In this document: in pieces, positions 61,201 to 64,000 of the stretch
Position numbering within the stretch: position 1 is the first letter of the stretch
Layout: each line of letters begins with the position of its first letter
From: Marsupella aquatica
Lineage: Eukaryota > Plantae > Marchantiophyta
Reading direction: 5' to 3'
Assembly (NCBI GenBank): GCA_973895155.1
Contig: OZ316898.1
Coordinates: 20,905,292-20,969,291, forward strand
Length of the DNA: 64,000 bases
Translations under genes and position numbers: made by a program
Notes under the pieces: generated by a model
Database searches by the model: none
What the model was told of the DNA's origin: nothing
The model's input: only the letters and a program-made list of their open reading frames with translations

Positions 61201-62862
61201 AAGATGAACCAGATGGAGTCTGTCATCATTGCAGAGCTCGACAAGGAGCTAAGAGCAACCCAGGAGGAGAGGGCTACCTTGAAGAAGGAATTGGAGGAAG
61301 CCCACAGGGAGCAGGAGGAGGCCAAAAACGAGCTGGAGGGGGCACGTAAGGACCTGGATGAAACCCAAGAGGAGTTGGAGGAAATCACGAGGAAGATGGA
61401 GAACCTACAGCGGCGGGCCGACAACCAAACAGAGCGGCTGAAGAAACAAGCCGCAGTATTTAAATGCTTAGCTGCAGCAGGTCCATCTCCCGTTGGGACA
61501 AACCAGTTACCAAGGGTGGTACTTGCCGAAGGACAAGCCGCGCCACCTGCACCAGTGCCGGAAGTAAGTGGGAAGGGGAAGGGACCAGCTGCCGAGCCAC
61601 CAACGAAGAAGAGGCGGAAACCTTCAGGGTCAAGGAGTAATACGACTTCACAGGCCGTGGTGATCAAGGAGGTAGACCCAGCACCGACCCCAGACAGGGT
61701 CACGGCTAAGGATCCAACTACCCTAGGGGAAGGGGAGGCCGAAGCCGTGGGAGTGGCTGAAGCCGAAGCCGTGGGTATTGCCGAGGCCGGTGTCGAGGCT
61801 GAAGCCGAAGGTGGACCCAGTCAGGCCGATGGAGAGTTGACTCGGTCAAGGGCAGGTAATCTGTCAGTAGGCGGGCCAACGGCAGTGGCTGAGGAGGAAG
61901 TGTTGGGGGCGTCCATTGAGGATCCACCACCGGTGTCGTGACGGTGCAAGGGCGCCGTTCCTTTTAGGGAGGGCGGACGTGGAGGGAGGAGGCGTGAGTG
62001 GGCAGGGCGGGCACGGATCTCCACGTTTAGGATTAGGATCAGAACCAGGAGCGGCCCTGACACTTAGCTTAGTGGGATTGCGGTCCCACTGGTAGGAGCA
62101 ACACTTGTGCTCCTGCCTTGCTGTACATAGGTAGATTCGGGCAAGTAGATTACTGTTAAGTAGATTAGGCTTACGATGCAAAGAATGGCGGATCCACTAC
62201 CAGGATAAGTACCTGGGCAGCGGGGAGCTCAGGGCCTCTTCTTTAGCAAGTTTTTAGTTTGCACCAGCCGGGCTGGGATCAAGTAGTACGAGAAGCTCTC
62301 GGTTAGTCATACAGTGACCCTTGTGTATATTCATGTTTCCTCATGCCTAAGAGCTGAATAGAGTTGGCCTCACGGCTTAGTTCGCAGAACTTGTGTATGA
62401 GATGTACTGTTTGTATGGCAAGTGCATGGTATGACTCAGTCAGAATGAGTCATTTTGCTATTTGTGTGTCGCATTAACTTGTGTGAAGAGTGCCCACATC
62501 AACAGAAGGAAGGAAAGTAAGCAGGGGAGTGAGAGTTGGATGTGTCGAGCTGAGAGAGGTCTTAGCGGCTTAACCAAGCCTATTGGGGATCATTCCGGCG
62601 GCGGAATCCAAACATACCTAACAAGACGGAGGGGAAGACAGGGGAAGACAGGGGAAGGCCTATATTAGGCCGGCTACGTATCTCATGACCCGATGAAGGA
62701 TCTGTCCAGTATATGTGTGTAAAATGTTAATAGTAGTAGTAGAAGGTTAGCAGCGTCCCATGCCGCTAAGCCGCGGAAACGGCCTCGCCAAGCACGAAAC
62801 CTGCGGGAATCGGCTTGAGCTGGGGGGTTTCTTGGGTTTAGGGAGCCATGGGACGCACCACA
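58227..62862 (+). mobile_element. 4636-bp 5' LTR of a Ty3/gypsy element (copy 3); the element runs off the window
   Basis: Same termini as the TSD-flanked solo copy; followed by TTTT, a PBS and gag. Confidence 0.93.
58342..61941 (+). CDS. LTR-internal ORF of 1199 codons with one internal TAG (58738-58740): basic N-terminus, plant-mobile-domain-like segment, long coiled coil
   Basis: The ATG is conserved in copy 2 and the TAG is CAG there. Over 1000 codons are open downstream of the TAG. LLEFVGSWEPETNCTRIYGKDFYLTPKVIAEVFGLP resembles the PMD core W.PET...G...T...GLP. E/K/L-rich heptads at ~60680-61450. Confidence 0.75.
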
Positions 62863-62866
62863 TTTT

Positions 62867-62884
62867 TGGCGCTAGATGGAGGGG
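62867..62884 (+). promoter_or_regulatory. Primer-binding site, probably tRNA-Asn
   Basis: TGGCGCTAGATGGAGGGG, complementary with one mismatch to the plant tRNA-Asn(GUU) 3' end ...CCCTCCTTCTAGCG-CCA as I recall it. Confidence 0.8.
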
Positions 62885-62931
62885 GCATTTCTTAAGCCGT
62901 GAGATATGAAGTTAGAACGGAAGCGTAGGTA

Positions 62932-64000
62932 ATGACTGACCTTACGCCGAGGGAAGAAAGAGTGATTCAACGGGAGAGAGCTCGACTGCAGCAGCTCGCC
63001 GGGTGGCATGATACACAGCGACTGAGAGGGGCAGAAAGAGCTGGTAGCTCCGAAACTGGAAGTGGCGTCGAAGAAGACATACCAGAAGAAGAGTCGGTAA
63101 GGAGAAGTGAGTCTCCAACCGACATGGGGGAACCAGAGGCACGGCCAGACGAGAGGCCAGGGACCAGATTGAGCCAGCGGTCGCGCATACATTACAAGGC
63201 ATTTCATGGGAGAGGAGATGAGGATCCGGACGAATGGTTGGATGATTTCGAGGGAACCGCTGCAGCAAATGGAGAATCGGCCATCAAGATGCAGATTCTT
63301 CCCGGCCTGTTCAAGGGTGAGGCTAGGCCTTGGTACAGAGCATTAGATGTGGAAGATCAAGCCATCTGGGATATCTTCAAAACACTCTTTGTTAAGGAGT
63401 TTCGACCCATTGGAACTTCAGAACTAGCAGTGCTGAAGTTGGGACAACTTCGGTTCAAGGAGAACAAATCCTTCAGGAAGTTCTTGCAACGCTTTCAGAA
63501 ACTGGTAAGACGTACAAAGACCAATGCATCTGAAGGTATGCAACTTCAATGGTTGGTGAATGCTTTGCCACAGAAGATGAGTTTTGCAATTAGGAAGGAG
63601 AACCCGGAGACTTTAGCCGAAGCAATTAAGGATATTCAATTATACATTAATGCAGATATCACAAGCCGGAAGAAACAGCTTAAGTCTGAGAGTTCCTCAT
63701 CAGAGGAGGGATCACCCCATAAGAAAAAAGATAAGAAGAAGAAACATTCCAAGAAGTCTAGAAGTGATAAGTCAAGCTCGGATAGTGGGAGTAGCAAGAG
63801 TGAGTCATCTTCTAGTTCTGAAGAAGAAAAAACTAGGAAAAGGAAGGGCAGAAGGAGAGGGAAGACGAAAGTCAAGATGGAGGCTAAGCCACCAGATAAC
63901 ATCGTAGCCCTTACCGAGCAACTTAAGGCTATCATTGCAGAGGTAAAACCAAAGAAGAAGGTAGTACAGGAGGATAGCTCTGTATGGTGTGCCTTATGTT
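62932..64000 (+). CDS. gag: Ty3/gypsy Gag, open to the window edge (absent from the ORF track)
   Basis: MTDLTPREE...YKAFHGRGDEDPDEWLDDFEG...LFKGEARPWY...WDIFKTLFVKEF...NPETLAEAIK..., ending VWCALC (start of a zinc knuckle). Confidence 0.92.
   Translation, partial: MTDLTPREERVIQRERARLQQLAGWHDTQRLRGAERAGSSETGSGVEEDIPEEESVRRSESPTDMGEPEARPDERPGTRLSQRSRIHYKAFHGRGDEDPDEWLDDFEGTAAANGESAIKMQILPGLFKGEARPWYRALDVEDQAIWDIFKTLFVKEFRPIGTSELAVLKLGQLRFKENKSFRKFLQRFQKLVRRTKTNASEGMQLQWLVNALPQKMSFAIRKENPETLAEAIKDIQLYINADITSRKKQLKSESSSSEEGSPHKKKDKKKKHSKKSRSDKSSSDSGSSKSESSSSSEEEKTRKRKGRRRGKTKVKMEAKPPDNIVALTEQLKAIIAEVKPKKKVVQEDSSVWCALC

Noticed and set aside
51259-62862. Copies 2 and 3 as the paired LTRs of one element
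   Set aside because: Copy 2 has its own TSD, the copies are clearly diverged, and the 33 bp between them is host sequence without PBS or PPT.

Overview
Eukaryotic plant nuclear DNA, probably a bryophyte-grade lineage (inferred from moss-like PPR motifs, TTTAGGG repeats and spliceosomal introns). The core is a cluster of PLS-class PPR-DYW organellar C-to-U RNA-editing genes: two long ORFs in convergent orientation (19157-22654 +, 39565-43371 -) and a third copy that lacks its PPR array. Their 303-bp repeat units show signs of exchange between the genes. The + gene lies directly behind a decayed mitochondrial HSP60 gene. The cluster is surrounded by nested transposons: a full-length degenerate Ty1/copia element, a MULE/SWIM transposase relic, L1-type LINE pieces and a Ty3/gypsy gag-protease relic. 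The most unusual feature is a gypsy family whose 4.6-kb LTR itself carries a ~1200-codon sense ORF (plant-mobile-domain-like segment plus coiled coil). It occurs three times: as a 5' LTR followed by PBS and gag, as a TSD-flanked solo LTR, and as an older partial copy. Also notable are a triplicated 5S rRNA internal-promoter cassette and solo-LTR-like elements with 4-bp (A/C)CGG target duplications. All alignments were made by eye; no searches were run.
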